Assembly (NCBI RefSeq): GCF_963921235.1 | Contig: NC_086108.1 | Coordinates: 40,302,001-40,366,000, forward strand | Origin: Mobula hypostoma | Lineage: Eukaryota | Length of the DNA stretch: 64,000 nt | Direction: 5' to 3' | Part shown: positions 52,271 to 64,000 of the stretch, piece by piece | Layout: each line of letters starts with the position of its first letter | How positions within the stretch are numbered: position 1 is the stretch's first letter | Notes under the pieces: model-generated | The model's database searches: none | What the model saw: the letters and a program-made list of their open reading frames with translations, nothing else | Told to the model about the DNA's origin: nothing | Translations under genes and position numbers: made by a program

Positions 52271-55200
52271 GGCATGGCTAGAGGCTAGAGGCCAGAGTCT
52301 TCAGGCGAGGCAAGGCTGCAGGCCGGAGTGTTGAGGTGAGGCGAGGCTGGAGGAAGGAGACTTGAGGCAAGGCTGGAGACGGGAGACTAGAGGCGAGGCT
52401 GGAGGCAGGAGACCTGGGGTGAGGCTGGAGGCTGAAGGCAGGAGACTTGAGGCGAGGCTGGAGGCAGGAGACTAGAGACGAGGCTGGAGGCGGGAGACTA
52501 GAGGCGAGGCTGGAGGCGGGAGACTAGAGGCGAGGCTGGAGGCGGGAGACTAGAGGCGAGACTGGAGGCAGGAGACTTGGGGCGAGGCTGGAGGCAGGAG
52601 ACTTGGGGCGACGCTGGAAGCAGGAGACTTGGGGCGAGGCTGGAGGCAGGAGACTTGGGGCGAGGCTGGAGGCAGGAGACTTGGGACGAGGCTGGAGGCA
52701 GGAGACTTGAGGCGAGGCTGGAGACAGGAGACTTGAGGCGAGGCTGGAGGCTGGAGGTAGGAGACGAGGGGAGTCTGGAGGCAGGAGACTTGGGGTGAGG
52801 CGAGACTGGAGGCTGGAGGTAGGAGATTTGGGGCGAGGCGAGGCTGGATGCTGGAGACAGCAAACTTGGAGTGAGGCGAGGCTGGAGGCAGGACATTTGG
52901 GGAGAAGCGAGACTGGAGGCAAGAGACTTGGGGCGAGGGGAGGCTGGAGGCAGGAGACTTGACATGAGGCTGGAGGCTGGAGGCAGGAGACTTGGGATGA
53001 GGTGAGGCTGGAGGCAGCAGACTTGGGGCGAGGCGTGGCTGGAGGCAGCAGATTTGGGGCAAGGCAAGGCTGGAGGCAGCAGACTTGGGGCAAGGCGAGG
53101 CTGGAGGCAGCAGTCTTGGGGTGAGGCAAGGCTGGAGGCAGGAGACTTGAGGCGAGGCTGGAGGCAGGAGACTTGGGGCAAGGTGAGACTGGAGTCTGGA
53201 GGCAGGAGACTTGAGGTGAGACTGGAGGCAGGAGACTTGAGGCGAGGCTGGAGGCAGGATTCTTGAGGTAATGCTGGAGGCAGGAGACTTGCGGCGAGGC
53301 TGGATGCAGGAGACTTGGGGCGACACTGGAGGCAGGAGACAAGACGAGGCTGGAGGCAGGAAACTTGAGGCAAGGCTGGAGTATGGAGGTAGGAGACGAG
53401 GCGAGGCTGGAGGCAGGAGACTTGGGGCGAGGCTGGAGGCAGGATACTTGGGGTGAGGCGAGACTGGAGGCTGGAGGTAGGAGATTTGGGGCGAGGCGAG
53501 GCTGGATGCTGGAGACATGAGACAGAGTGAGGCGAGGCTGGAGGCAGGACACTTGGGGAGAAGCGAGGCTGGAGGCAAGAGACTTGGGGCGAGGGGAGGC
53601 TGGAGGCAGGAGACTTGACGTGAGGCTGGAGGCAGGAGACTTGGGACGAGGTGAGGCTGGAGGCAGCAGACTTGGGGCGAGGCGAGGCTGGAGGCAGCGG
53701 ACGGGGCAAGGCGAGGCTGGAGGCAGCAGTCTTGGGGCGAGGCGAGGCTGGAGGCAGGAGACTTGAGGCGAGGCTGGAGGCTGGAGGCAGGAGACTTGGG
53801 GCGAGACTGGAGGCTGGAGGCAGAAGGCAGGAGACGGGGCGAGGCTGGAGGCAGGAGACTTGAGGCGGGACTGGAATCTGGAGGCAGGAGATTTGTAATG
53901 AGGCGAGGCTGGAGGCAGGAGACTTGGGGTGAGGCGAGGCTGGAGGCTGGAGACTTGGGGCAAGGCTGGAGGCAGGGGATTTGGGCTGAGGTGCGACTGG
54001 AGGCTGGAGGCAGGAGACTTGGGGCGAGGCAAGTTTGGAGGCTGGAGGCAGACTTGAGGCGAGGCTGGAGGCAGGAGACTTGGGGCAAGGCTGGAGGCAG
54101 GAGACTTGAGGCGAGGCAGGAGACTTGGGATGAGGTGAGGCTGGAGGCTGGAGGCAGGAGACGGGGTGAGGCGAGGCTGCAGGCAGGAGACTTGGGGCAA
54201 GGCGAGACTGGAGTCTGGAGGCAGGGGACGGGACGAGGCAAGGCTGGAGGCTGGAGGTAGGAGACGGGGCGAGGCGACGCTGGAGGCTGAAGGCACGAGA
54301 TTTGGGGCGAGGCTGGAGGCAGGAGGCAGCAGACTTTGGACGAGGCGAGGCTGGAGGCAGCAGTATTGAGGCGAGGCTGGAGGTAGGAGGCTTGGGGCGA
54401 GACAAGGCTGGAGGCTGGAGGCAGGAGACTTGGGGCGAGGCGAGCTGGAGGCAGGAGACTTGTGGCGAGACAAGGCTGGAGGCAGGAGGCTTGGGGTGAG
54501 ATGAGGCTGAAAGCAGGAGGCTTGGGGCAAGACGAGGCTGGAGGCAGGAGACAGCGAGGCCAGACTTGGGCAGGAAAGTTGGGATGAGGCGAGGCTGGAG
54601 GCAGGAGACTTGAGGCGAGACTGGAGTCTGGAGGCAGGAGACTTGGGACGAGAGGAGGCTGGAGGCTGGAGGCAGGAGACTTTGGGCGAGGCGAGCTGGA
54701 GGCAGGAGACTTTGGGCGAGGCGAGCTGGAGGCAGGAGACTTGTGGCGAGACGAGGCTGGAGGCAGGAGGCTTGGGGCGAGACGAGGCTGGAGGCTGGAG
54801 GCAGGAGGCTTGGGGCGAGACGAGGCTGGAGGCTGGAGGCAGGAGGCTTAGGGCGAGACGAGGCTGGAGGCTGGTGGCAAGAGACAGGGCGAGGCTAGAG
54901 GCAGCAGACTTGGGGCGAGGCGAGGCTGGAGGCAGGAGACGGGGCGAGGCAAGGCTGGAGGCTGGAGACTTGAGGCAAGATTCTAGTCTGGAGGCAGGAG
55001 ACTTGGGACGAGACGAGGCTGGAGGCAGGAGACTTGGGGCGAGGCGAGACTGGATTCTGAAGGCAGAAGACTTGGGACGAGGCGAGGCTGGAGGCAGGAG
55101 ACTTGGGGCGAGGCGAGACTGGAGGCAGGAGACTTGGGGCGAGGCGAGACTGGATTCTGAAGGCAGGAGACTTGGGACGAGGCGAGACTGGAGGCAGGAG

Positions 55201-58200
55201 ACTTGGGGCGAGACTGGAGGCAGGAGACAGGGCGAGGCGAGGCTGGAGGCAGGAGACTTGGGGCGAGGCGAGGCTGGAGGCAGGAGAATTGGGCTGAGGC
55301 AAGGCAAGAAGCAGGAGACTTGAGGCGAGGCTGGAGGCTGGAGCCAGGAGACTTGAGGCGAGGCTGGAGGCAGGAGATGAGGCGAAGCTGGAGGCTGGAT
55401 GCAGGAGACGGGGCGAGGCGAGGCTGGAGGCAGGAGACTTGGGGCAAGGCTGGAGGCAGGGAACTTGGGGCGAGGCTGGAGGCTGGAGGCAGGAGACTTG
55501 GGGCAAGGCTGGAGGCTGGAGGCAGGAGACGGGGCGAGGCTGGAGGCAGCAGGCAGGAGACTTGATGGGAGGCTGGAGGCAGGAGACTTGATGGGAGGCT
55601 GGAGGAAGGAGACTTGAGGTGAGGCTGGAGGCTGGAGGAAGGAGACTTGAGGCGAGGCTGGAGGCTGAAGGCAGGAGACTTGGGACGAGACGAGGCTGGA
55701 GGCTGGAGGCAGGAAATGTGGGACGAGGCGAGGCTGGAGGCAGCAGACTTGGGATGAGGTGAGGCAAGGCTGGAGGCAGGAGACTTGGGGCGAGGCCGGA
55801 GGCTGGAGGCAGGAGACTTGGGGCGAGACTCTAGTCTGGAGGCAGGAGACTTGGGACGAGACGAGGCTGGAGGCAGGAGACTTGGGGCGAGGCGAGACTG
55901 GATTCTGAAGGCAGAAGACTTGGGACGAGGCGAGGCTGGAGGCAGGAGACTTGGGGCGAGGCGAGACTGGAGGCAGGAGACTTGGGGCGAGGCGAGACTG
56001 GATTCTGAAGGCAGGAGACTTGGGACGAGGCGAGACTGGAGGCAGGAGACTTGGGGCGAGACTGGAGGCAGGAGACAGGGCGAGGCGAGGCTGGAGGCAG
56101 GAGACTTGGGGCGAGGCGAGGCTGGAGGCAGGAGAATTGGGCTGAGGCAAGGCAAGAAGCAGGAGACTTGAGGCGAGGCTGGAGGCTGGAGCCAGGAGAC
56201 TTGAGGCGAGGCTGGAGGCAGGAGATGAGGCGAAGCTTGAGGCTGGATGCAGGAGACGGGGCGAGGCGAGGCTGGAGGCAGGAGACTTGGGGCAAGGCTG
56301 GAGGCAGGGAACTTGGGGCGAGGCTGGAGGCTGGAGGCAGGAGACTTGGGGCAAGGCTGGAGGCTGGAGGCAGGAGACGGGGCGAGGCTGGAGGCAGCAG
56401 GCAGGAGACTTGATGGGAGGCTGGAGGCAGGAGACTTGATGGGAGGCTGGAGGAAGGAGACTTGAGGTGAGGCTGGAGGCTGGAGGAAGGAGACTTGAGG
56501 CGAGGCTGGAGGCTGAAGGCAGGAGACTTGGGACGAGACGAGGCTGGAGGCTGGAGGCAGGAAATGTGGGACGAGGCGAGGCTGGAGGCAGCAGACTTGG
56601 GATGAGGTGAGGCAAGGCTGGAGGCAGGAGACTTGGGGCGAGGCCGGAGGCTGGAGGCAGGAGACTTGGGGCGAGACTCTAGTCTGGAGGCAGGAGACTT
56701 GGGATGAGATGAGGCTGGAGGCAGGAGACTTGAGGCGAGACTCTAGTCTGGAGGCAGGAGACGGGACGAGGCGAGGCTGGAGGCTGGAGTCTTGGGGCGA
56801 GGCGAGGCTGGAGGCAGCAGTCTTGGGGCAAGGTGAGGCTGGAGGCAGGAGACTTGGGGCGAGACGAGGCTGGAGGCAGGAAATGTGGGACGAGGCGAGG
56901 CTGGAGGCAGCAGACTTGGGGTGAGGTGAGGCAAAGCTGCAGGAAGCAGACTTGGGGCGAGGCGAGGCTGGAGGCAGGAGACGGGGCGAGGCTTGAGGCT
57001 GGAGGCAGGAGACTTGGGGCGAGGCTGGAGGCAGCAGGCAGGAGACTTGGGACGAGGCGAGGCTGGAGACAGCAGACTTGGCGTGAGGTGAGGCAAGGCT
57101 GGAGGCAGCAGACTTGGCGTGAGGTGAGGCAAGGCTGGAGGCAGGAGATTTGGGGCGAGGCTGGAGACAGAAGACTTGGGGCGAGGCTGGAGGCAGAAGA
57201 CTTGGGACGAGAAGAGGCTGGAGGCTGGAGGCAGGAGACTTGGGGCGAGGCGTGACTGGAGTCTGGAGGCAGGAGACTTGGGACGAGGCAAGGCTGGAGG
57301 CAGGAGACTTGGGGCAAGGAGACACTGGAGGCAGGAGGCAGGGCGAGGCGAGGCTGGAGGCAGCAGACTTGGGGCGAGGCGAGGCTGGAGGCAGGAGACT
57401 TGGGGCGAGGCTTGAGGCTGGAGGCAGGAGTCTTGGGGCGAGGCTGGAGGCAGGAGGCAGGAGACGAGCTGAGGCTGGAGGCAGGAGACTTGATGGGAGG
57501 CTGGAGGCTGGAGGAAGGAGACTTGAGGCGAGGCTAGAGGCTGAAGGCAGGAGACTTGAGGCAAAACGAGGCTGGAGGCTGGAGGCAGGAGGCAGGGTGA
57601 GGCGAGGCTGGAGGCAGCAGACTTGGGGCGAGGCGAGGCTGGAGGCAGGAAACTTGGGGCGAGGCTGGAGGCAGGAGACTTGGGGCGAGGCTGGAGGCAG
57701 GAGGCAGGAGACGAGCTGAGGCTGGAGGCAGGAGACTTGATTGGAGGCTGGAGGAAGGAGACTTGAGGCGAGGCTGGAGGCTGAAGGCAGGAGACTTGAG
57801 ACAAAACGAGGCTGGAGGCAGGAGGCAGGGCGAGGCGAGGCTGGAGGCAGGAAATTTGGGATGAGGCGAGGCTGGAGGCAGCAGACTTGGGTGAGGTGAG
57901 GCAAGGCTGGAGGCAGGAGACTTGGGGCAAGGCGAGGCTGGAGGCAAGAGTCTTGGGGCAAGGCTGGAGGCAGGAGGCAGGAGACTTGAGGCGAGGCTGG
58001 AGGCAGGAGACTTGATGGGAGGCTGGAGACTGGAGGAAGGTGATTTGAGGCGAGGCAGGAGGCTGGAGGCAGGAGACTTGGGGCGAGGCAAGGCTGGAGG
58101 CAGGGAACTTGGGGCGAGGCTGGAGGCAGGAGACTTGGGGCAAGGCTGGAGGCAGGGAACTTGGGGCAAGGCTGGAGGCAGGAGACGGGGCGAGGCTGGA

Positions 58201-61200
58201 GGCAGCAGGCAGGAGACTTGATGGGAGGCTGGAGGCAGGAGACTTGATGGGAGGCTGGAGGAAGGAGACTTGAGGCGAGACTGGAGGCTGCAGGCAGGAG
58301 ACTTGGGACGAGACGAGGCTGGAGGCTGGAGGCAGGAAATGTGGGACGAGGCGAGGCTGGAGGCAGCAGATTTGGGGTGAGATGAGGCAAGGCTGGAGGC
58401 AGGAGACTTGATGGGAGGTTGGAGGAAGGAGACTTGAGGCGAGACTGGAGGCTGCAGGCAGGAGACTTGGGACGAGACGAGGCTGGAGGCTGGAGGCAGG
58501 AAATGTGGGACGAGGCGAGGCTGGAGGCAGCAGATTTGGGGTGAGGTGAGGCAAGCCTGGAGGCAGAAGACTTGGGGCGAGGCCGGAGGCTGGAGGCAGG
58601 AGACTTGGGACGAGAAGAGGCTGGAGGCTGGAGGAAGGAGACTTGAAGCGAGGCTGGAGGCTGAAGGCAGGAGACTTGGGGCGAGATGAGGCTGGAGGCT
58701 GGAGGCAGGAAATGTGGGACGAGGCGAGACTGGAGGCAGCAGACTTGGGGTGAGGTGAGGCAAGGCTGCAGGCAGCAGACTTGGGGCAAGGCGAGGCTGG
58801 AGGCAGGAGACGGGGCGAGGCTTGAGGCTGGAGACAGGAGACTTGGGGCGAGGCTGGAGGCAGCAGGCAGGAGACTTGGAACGAGGCGAGGCTGGAGACA
58901 GCAGACTTGGGGTGAGGTGAGGCAAGGCTGGAGGCAGCAGACTTGGCGTGAGGTGAGGCAAGGCTGGAGGCAGGAGTCTTGGGGCAAGGCGACGCTGGAG
59001 GCAGGAGGCAGGGCGGGGTGAGGCTGGAGGCAGCAGACATGGGGCAAGGCTGGAGGCAGGAGACGGGGCGAGGCTGGAGGCAGCAGGCAGGAGACTTGGG
59101 ACAAGGCGAGGCTGGAGGCAGGAGTCTTGGGGCGAGGCTGGAGGCAGGAGGCAGGAGACGAGCTGAGGCTGGAGGCAGGAGACTTGATGGGAGGCTGGAG
59201 GCTGGAGGAAGGAGACTTGAGGCGAGGCTGGAGGCTGAAGGCAGGAGACGAGGCAAAACGAGGCTGGTGGCAGGAGACTTGATGGGAGGCTGGAGGCTGG
59301 AGGAAGGAGACTTGAGGCGAGGCTGGAGGCTGAAGGCAGGAGACAAGGCAAAACGAGGCTGGTGGCAGGAGACAGGGCGAGGCTGGAGGCAGGAAATTTG
59401 GGACGAGGCGAGGCTGGAGGCAGCAGACTTGGGGTGAGGTGAGGCAAGGCTGGAGGCAGGAGACTTGGGGCAAGGCGAGGCTGGAGGCAGGAGTCTTGGG
59501 GCAAGGCTGGAGGCAGGAGGCAGGAGACTTGAGGCAAGGCTGGAGGCTGAAGGCAGGAGACTTGGGGCGAGACGAGGCTGGAGGCTTGAGGCAGGAAATG
59601 TGGGACGTGGCGAGGCTGGAGGCAGCAGACTTGGGGTGAGGTGAGGCAAGGCTGGAGGCAGGAGACATGGGGCGAGGCTGGAGGCAGAAGACTTGGGACA
59701 GGAAGAGGCTGGAGGCTGGAGGCAGGAGACTTGGGGCGAGGCGTGACTGGAGTCTGGAGGCAGGAGACTTGGGACGAGGCAAGGCTGGAGGCTGGAGGCA
59801 GGAGACTTGGGGCAAGGCGACGCTGGAGGCAGGAGACAGGGCGAGGCGAGGCTGGAGGCAGCAGACTTGGGGCGAGGCGAGGCTGGAGGCAGGAGACTTG
59901 AGGCGAGACTGGAGGCTGGAGGCAGGAGATGGAGTGAGTCAAGGCTGGAGGCAGGAGACTTGGGGCAAGGCGAGGCTGGAGGCAAGAGACTTGGGGCTAG
60001 CGGAGCCTGGAGGCAAGACACGATGCGAGGCTGGAGGCAGGAGACCTGGGATGAGGTGAGGCTGGAGGCAGCAGACTTGGGGTGAGGGCGAGGCTGGAGG
60101 CAGAAGACTTGAGGCGAGGCTGGAGGCAGCAGACTTGGGGCGAGGCGGGACTGGAGGCAGGAGGCTGGAGACTTGGGACGAGGCAAGTTTGGAGGCTGGA
60201 GGCAGGAGAATTGAGGCGAGGCTGGAGGCTGGAGGCAGGAGACTTGAGGCGAGGCAAGAGGCAGGAGACTTGGGGTGAGGTGAGGTTGGAGGCAGGAGAC
60301 TTGAGGTGAGGCTGCAGGCAGGAGAATTGGGGCAAGGCTAGAGGCAGGGGATTTGGGCCGAGGTGCGACTGGAGGCTGGAGGCAGGAGACTTGAGGCGAG
60401 GCTGGAGGCAGGAGACTTGGGGCGAGGCTGGAGGCAGGGGACTTGGGGCGAGGCTGGAGGCAGGAGACTTGGGGCGAGGCTGGAGTCTGGAGGCAGGAGA
60501 CTTGGGGCGAGGCTGGAGGCAGGAGACTTGGGGCGAGGCTGGAGTCTGGAGGCAGGAGACTTGGGGCGAGTCAAGACTGGAGGCAGGAGGCAGGAGACTT
60601 GAGGCGAGGCTGGAGGCAGGAGACTTGGGGTGAGGCAAGACTGGAGGCAGGAGGCAGGAGACTTGGGCCGAGGTGCGACTGGAGGCTGGAGACAGGAGAC
60701 TTGGGGCGAGGCAAGTTTGGAGGCTGGAGGCAGGAGACTTGAGGCGAGGCTGGAGGCAGGAGACTTGGGGCAAGGCTGGAGGCAGGAGATTTGACGTGAG
60801 GCTGGAGGCAGGAGACTTGAGGCGTGGCTGGAGGCAGGAGACGAGGCGAGGCTGGGGGCTGGAGGCAGTAGGCTTGGGGGGAGGTGAGGCTGGAGGCAGG
60901 AGGCTTGGGCGAGGCAAGGCTGGAGGCTGGATGCAGGAGACGGGGCGAGCCGAGGCTGGAGGCTGGAGACAGGAGACTGGGGGCGAGGCTGGAGGCAGCA
61001 GGCAGGAGACTTGGGGTGAGGCGAGACTGGAGGCTGGAGGCAGGAGACAGGGCGAGGCTGGAGGCAGCAGACTTGGGGTGAGGTGAGGCAAGGCTGGAGG
61101 CAGGAGACTTGGTGCGAGGCCGGAGGCTGGAGGCAGGAGACTTGGGATGAGAAGAGGCTGGAAGCTGGAGGAAGGAGACTTGAGGCGAGGCTGGAGGCAG

Positions 61201-64000
61201 GAGACTTGAGGCAAGGCTGGAGGCAGGGGACGGGGCGAGGCTGGAGGCAGGAGACTTGAGGCGAGGCAGGAGACTTGGGATGAGGCGAGGCTGGAGGCTT
61301 GAGGCAGGAAATGTGGGACGTGGCGAGGCTGGAGGCAGCAGACTTGGGGTGAGGTGAGGCAAGGCTGGAGGCAGGAGACATGGGGCGAGGCTGGAGGCAG
61401 AAGACTTGGGACAAGAAGAGGCTGGAGGCTGGAGGCAGGAGACTTGGGGCGAGGCGTGACTGGAGTCTGGAGGCAGGAGACTTGGGACGAGGCAAGGCTG
61501 GAGGCTGGAGGCAGGAGACTTGGGGCAAGGCGACGCTGGAGGCAGGAGACAGGGCGAGGCGAGGCTGGAGGCAGCAGACTTGGGGCGAGGCGAGGCTGGA
61601 GGCAGGAGACTTGAGGCGAGACTGGAGGCTGGAGGCAGGAGATGGAGTGAGTCAAGGCTGGAGGCAGGAGACTTGGGGCAAGGCGAGGCTGGAGGCAAGA
61701 GACTTGGGGCTAGCGGAGCCTGGAGGCAAGACACGATGCGAGGCTGGAGGCAGGAGACCTGGGCCGAGGTGCGACTGGAGGCTGGAGACAGGAGACTTGG
61801 GGCGAGGCAAGTTTGGAGGCTGGAGGCAGGAGACTTGAGGCGAGGCTGGAGGCAGGAGACTTGGGGCAAGGCTGGAGGCAGGAGATTTGACGTGAGGCTG
61901 GAGGCAGGAGACTTGAGGCGTGGCTGGAGGCAGGAGACGAGGCGAGGCTGGGGGCTGGAGGCAGTAGGCTTGGGGGGAGGTGAGGCTGGAGGCAGGAGGC
62001 TTGGGCGAGGCAAGGCTGGAGGCTGGATGCAGGAGACGGGGCGAGCCGAGGCTGGAGGCTGGAGACAGGAGACTGGGGGCGAGGCTGGAGGCAGCAGGCA
62101 GGAGACTTGGGGTGAGGCGAGACTGGAGGCTGGAGGCAGGAGACAGGGCGAGGCTGGAGGCAGCAGACTTGGGGTGAGGTGAGGCAAGGCTGGAGGCAGG
62201 AGACTTAGTGCGAGGCCGGAGGCTGGAGGCAGGAGACTTGGGATGAGAAGAGGCTGGAAGCTGGAGGAAGGAGACTTGAGGCGAGGCTGGAGGCAGGAGA
62301 CTTGAGGCAAGGCTGGAGGCAGGGGACGGGGCGAGGCTGGAGGCAGGAGACTTGAGGCGAGGCAGGAGACTTGGGATGAGGCGAGGCTGGAGGCAGGAGA
62401 CTTGAGGCGAGGCAGGAGACTTGGGATGAGGCGAGGCTGGAGGCTGGAGACTTGGGGCGAGGCGAGACTGGAGTCTGGAGGCAGGAGACTTGGGATGAGG
62501 CCAGGCTGGAGGCTGGAGGAAGGAGACTTGGAGCAAGGCTCGAGGCAGGAGACTTGAGGGAAGGCTGGAGGCAGGAGACGGGGCGAGGTGAGGCTGGAAG
62601 CAGGTGGCTTTGGGTGAGGCAAGGCTGGAGGCAGGAGACGAGGCGAGGCTGGAGGCAGGAGACTTGGGACGATGCAAGGCTGGAGTCTGGAGGCAGGAGA
62701 CTTGGGACGAGGCGAGGCTGGAGTGTGGAGGCAGGAGACTTGGGATGAGGCAAGGCTGCAGGCAGGAGACTTGGGGCGAGGCTGGAGACAGGAGACTTGA
62801 GGCGAGGCTGGAGGCAGGAGACTTGGGGCAAGGCGAGGCTGGAGGCAGGGAACTTGGGGTGAGACTGGAGGCAGGGAACTTGGGGTGAGACTGGAGGCAG
62901 GAGACGGGACGATGCGAGGCTAGAGTCTGGAGGCAGGAGACGGGGCGAGGCAAGGCTGCAGGCAGGAGACGGTGCAGGGCGAGACTGGTCTGGAGGCAGA
63001 AGGCTTGGGACGAGGCGAAGCTGGAGGCTGGAAGCAGGAGACTTGGGGCAACGCTGGAGGCTGGAGGTAGGAGACTTGAGGCGAGGCGATGCTGGAAGCT
63101 GGTGACTTGAGGCAAGGCGAGGCTGGAGGATGGCGACTTGAGGCGAGGCTGGAGACTTGGGGCGAGGCGAGGCTGGAGGCTGGATGCAGGAGACGAGACG
63201 AGGCGAGGCTGGAGGCCTGAGGCAGGAGACTTGGGGAATGGCTGAAGGCAGGGAACTTGGGGCGAGGCTGGAGGCTGGAGGCAGGAGTCAGGAGACTTGG
63301 GACGAGGCAAGGCTGGAGGTAGGGGTCTTAGGGCGAGGCTGGAGGCAGGAGGCAGGAACCTTGAGCTGAGGCTGGAGGCAGGAGACGATGGGAGGCTGGA
63401 GGAAGGAGACTTGAGGTGAGGCTGGAGGCTGAAGGCAGGAGACTTGGGGCAAAACGAGGCTGGAGACTGGAGGCAGGAGACAGGGCGAGGCGAGGCTGGA
63501 GGCAGGAAATTTGGGACGAGGCGAGGCTGGAGACAGCAGACTTGGGGTGAGGTGAGGCAAGGCTGGAGGCAGGAGACTTGGGGCGAGGCCAGAGGCTGGA
63601 GGCAGGAGACGTGGGGCGAGGCTGGAGTCTGGAGACTTGAGGCATGACTGGAGGCTGGAGGCAGGAGACGGGGTGAGGCGAGGCTGGAGGCAGGAGACTT
63701 GGGGCGAGGCGACGCTGGAGGCTGGAGGAAGGAGACTTGGGGCGAGACTGGAGGCAGGAGACAGCGCGATGCGAGGCTGGAGGCAGCAGACTTGGGGTGA
63801 GGCTGGAGGCAGCAGTCTTGGGGCGAGGTGAGGCTGGAGGCAGGAGAAGAGACGAGGCTGGAGGCTGGAGGCAGGAGACTTGAGGCAAGGCGAGGCTGGA
63901 GGCAGGAGACTTGGGATGAGGGGAGGCTGGAGGCAGGAGACTTGGGGTGAGGGGAGGCTGGAGGCAGGAGACTTGCGGCGAGGCGAGGCAAGAAGCAGGA
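52271..64000 (+). repeat. G-rich compound minisatellite of GAGGCTG, GAGGCAG, GAGACTT and GGGGC/GAGGC modules (typical monomer 26 or 31 bp); runs off the window
   Basis: Read directly; higher-order duplications at offsets 848, 1096, 1713 and ~164 bp. Confidence 0.97.

Noticed and set aside
52498..63991. Very long minus-strand Pro/Ser/Leu-rich ORFs (up to 1610 aa) and plus-strand Gly/Arg/Glu ORFs
   Set aside because: They are open in several overlapping frames because the satellite's plus strand rarely contains TTA, CTA or TCA. The 26/31-bp monomers are not triplet-periodic. This is a repeat artefact.
20360..64000. CRISPR-like or prokaryotic system in the repeat arrays
   Set aside because: Vertebrate intron-exon DNA; no constant repeat with unique spacers and no cas-like ORFs.

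Overview
Eukaryotic, AT-rich, intron-dominated vertebrate DNA. The repeat content (CR1-type LINEs, DeuSINE/SacSINE-like cores, a palindromic short repeat family) suggests a cartilaginous fish, probably a ray; this is inference. The window holds the 5' extracellular-coding half of a + strand gene that I identify as PTPRC (CD45). The evidence is a 30-nt exon like mammalian exon 3 (GSVSPTPRKE), a 75-nt Thr-rich exon, a 27-nt exon ending in Cys, and three Cys-containing FN3-type exons matching mammalian exons 9-11. Where mammals have three variable exons (A/B/C), this locus has about 16 apparently spliceable, paralogous, frame-preserving (phase 1-1) Ser/Thr-rich mini-exons plus about 8 decayed copies. 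They were built by nested tandem duplication over about 12-37 kb. Many exon junctions create an Asn-X-Ser/Thr sequon only when the upstream exon ends in A. The last 12 kb is a G-rich compound satellite that appears to have grown inside an LTR-like insertion in an intron; its long Pro/Ser ORFs are artefacts. All exon calls are hand-derived from splice signals and frame, with no transcript data. Repeat boundaries are approximate.
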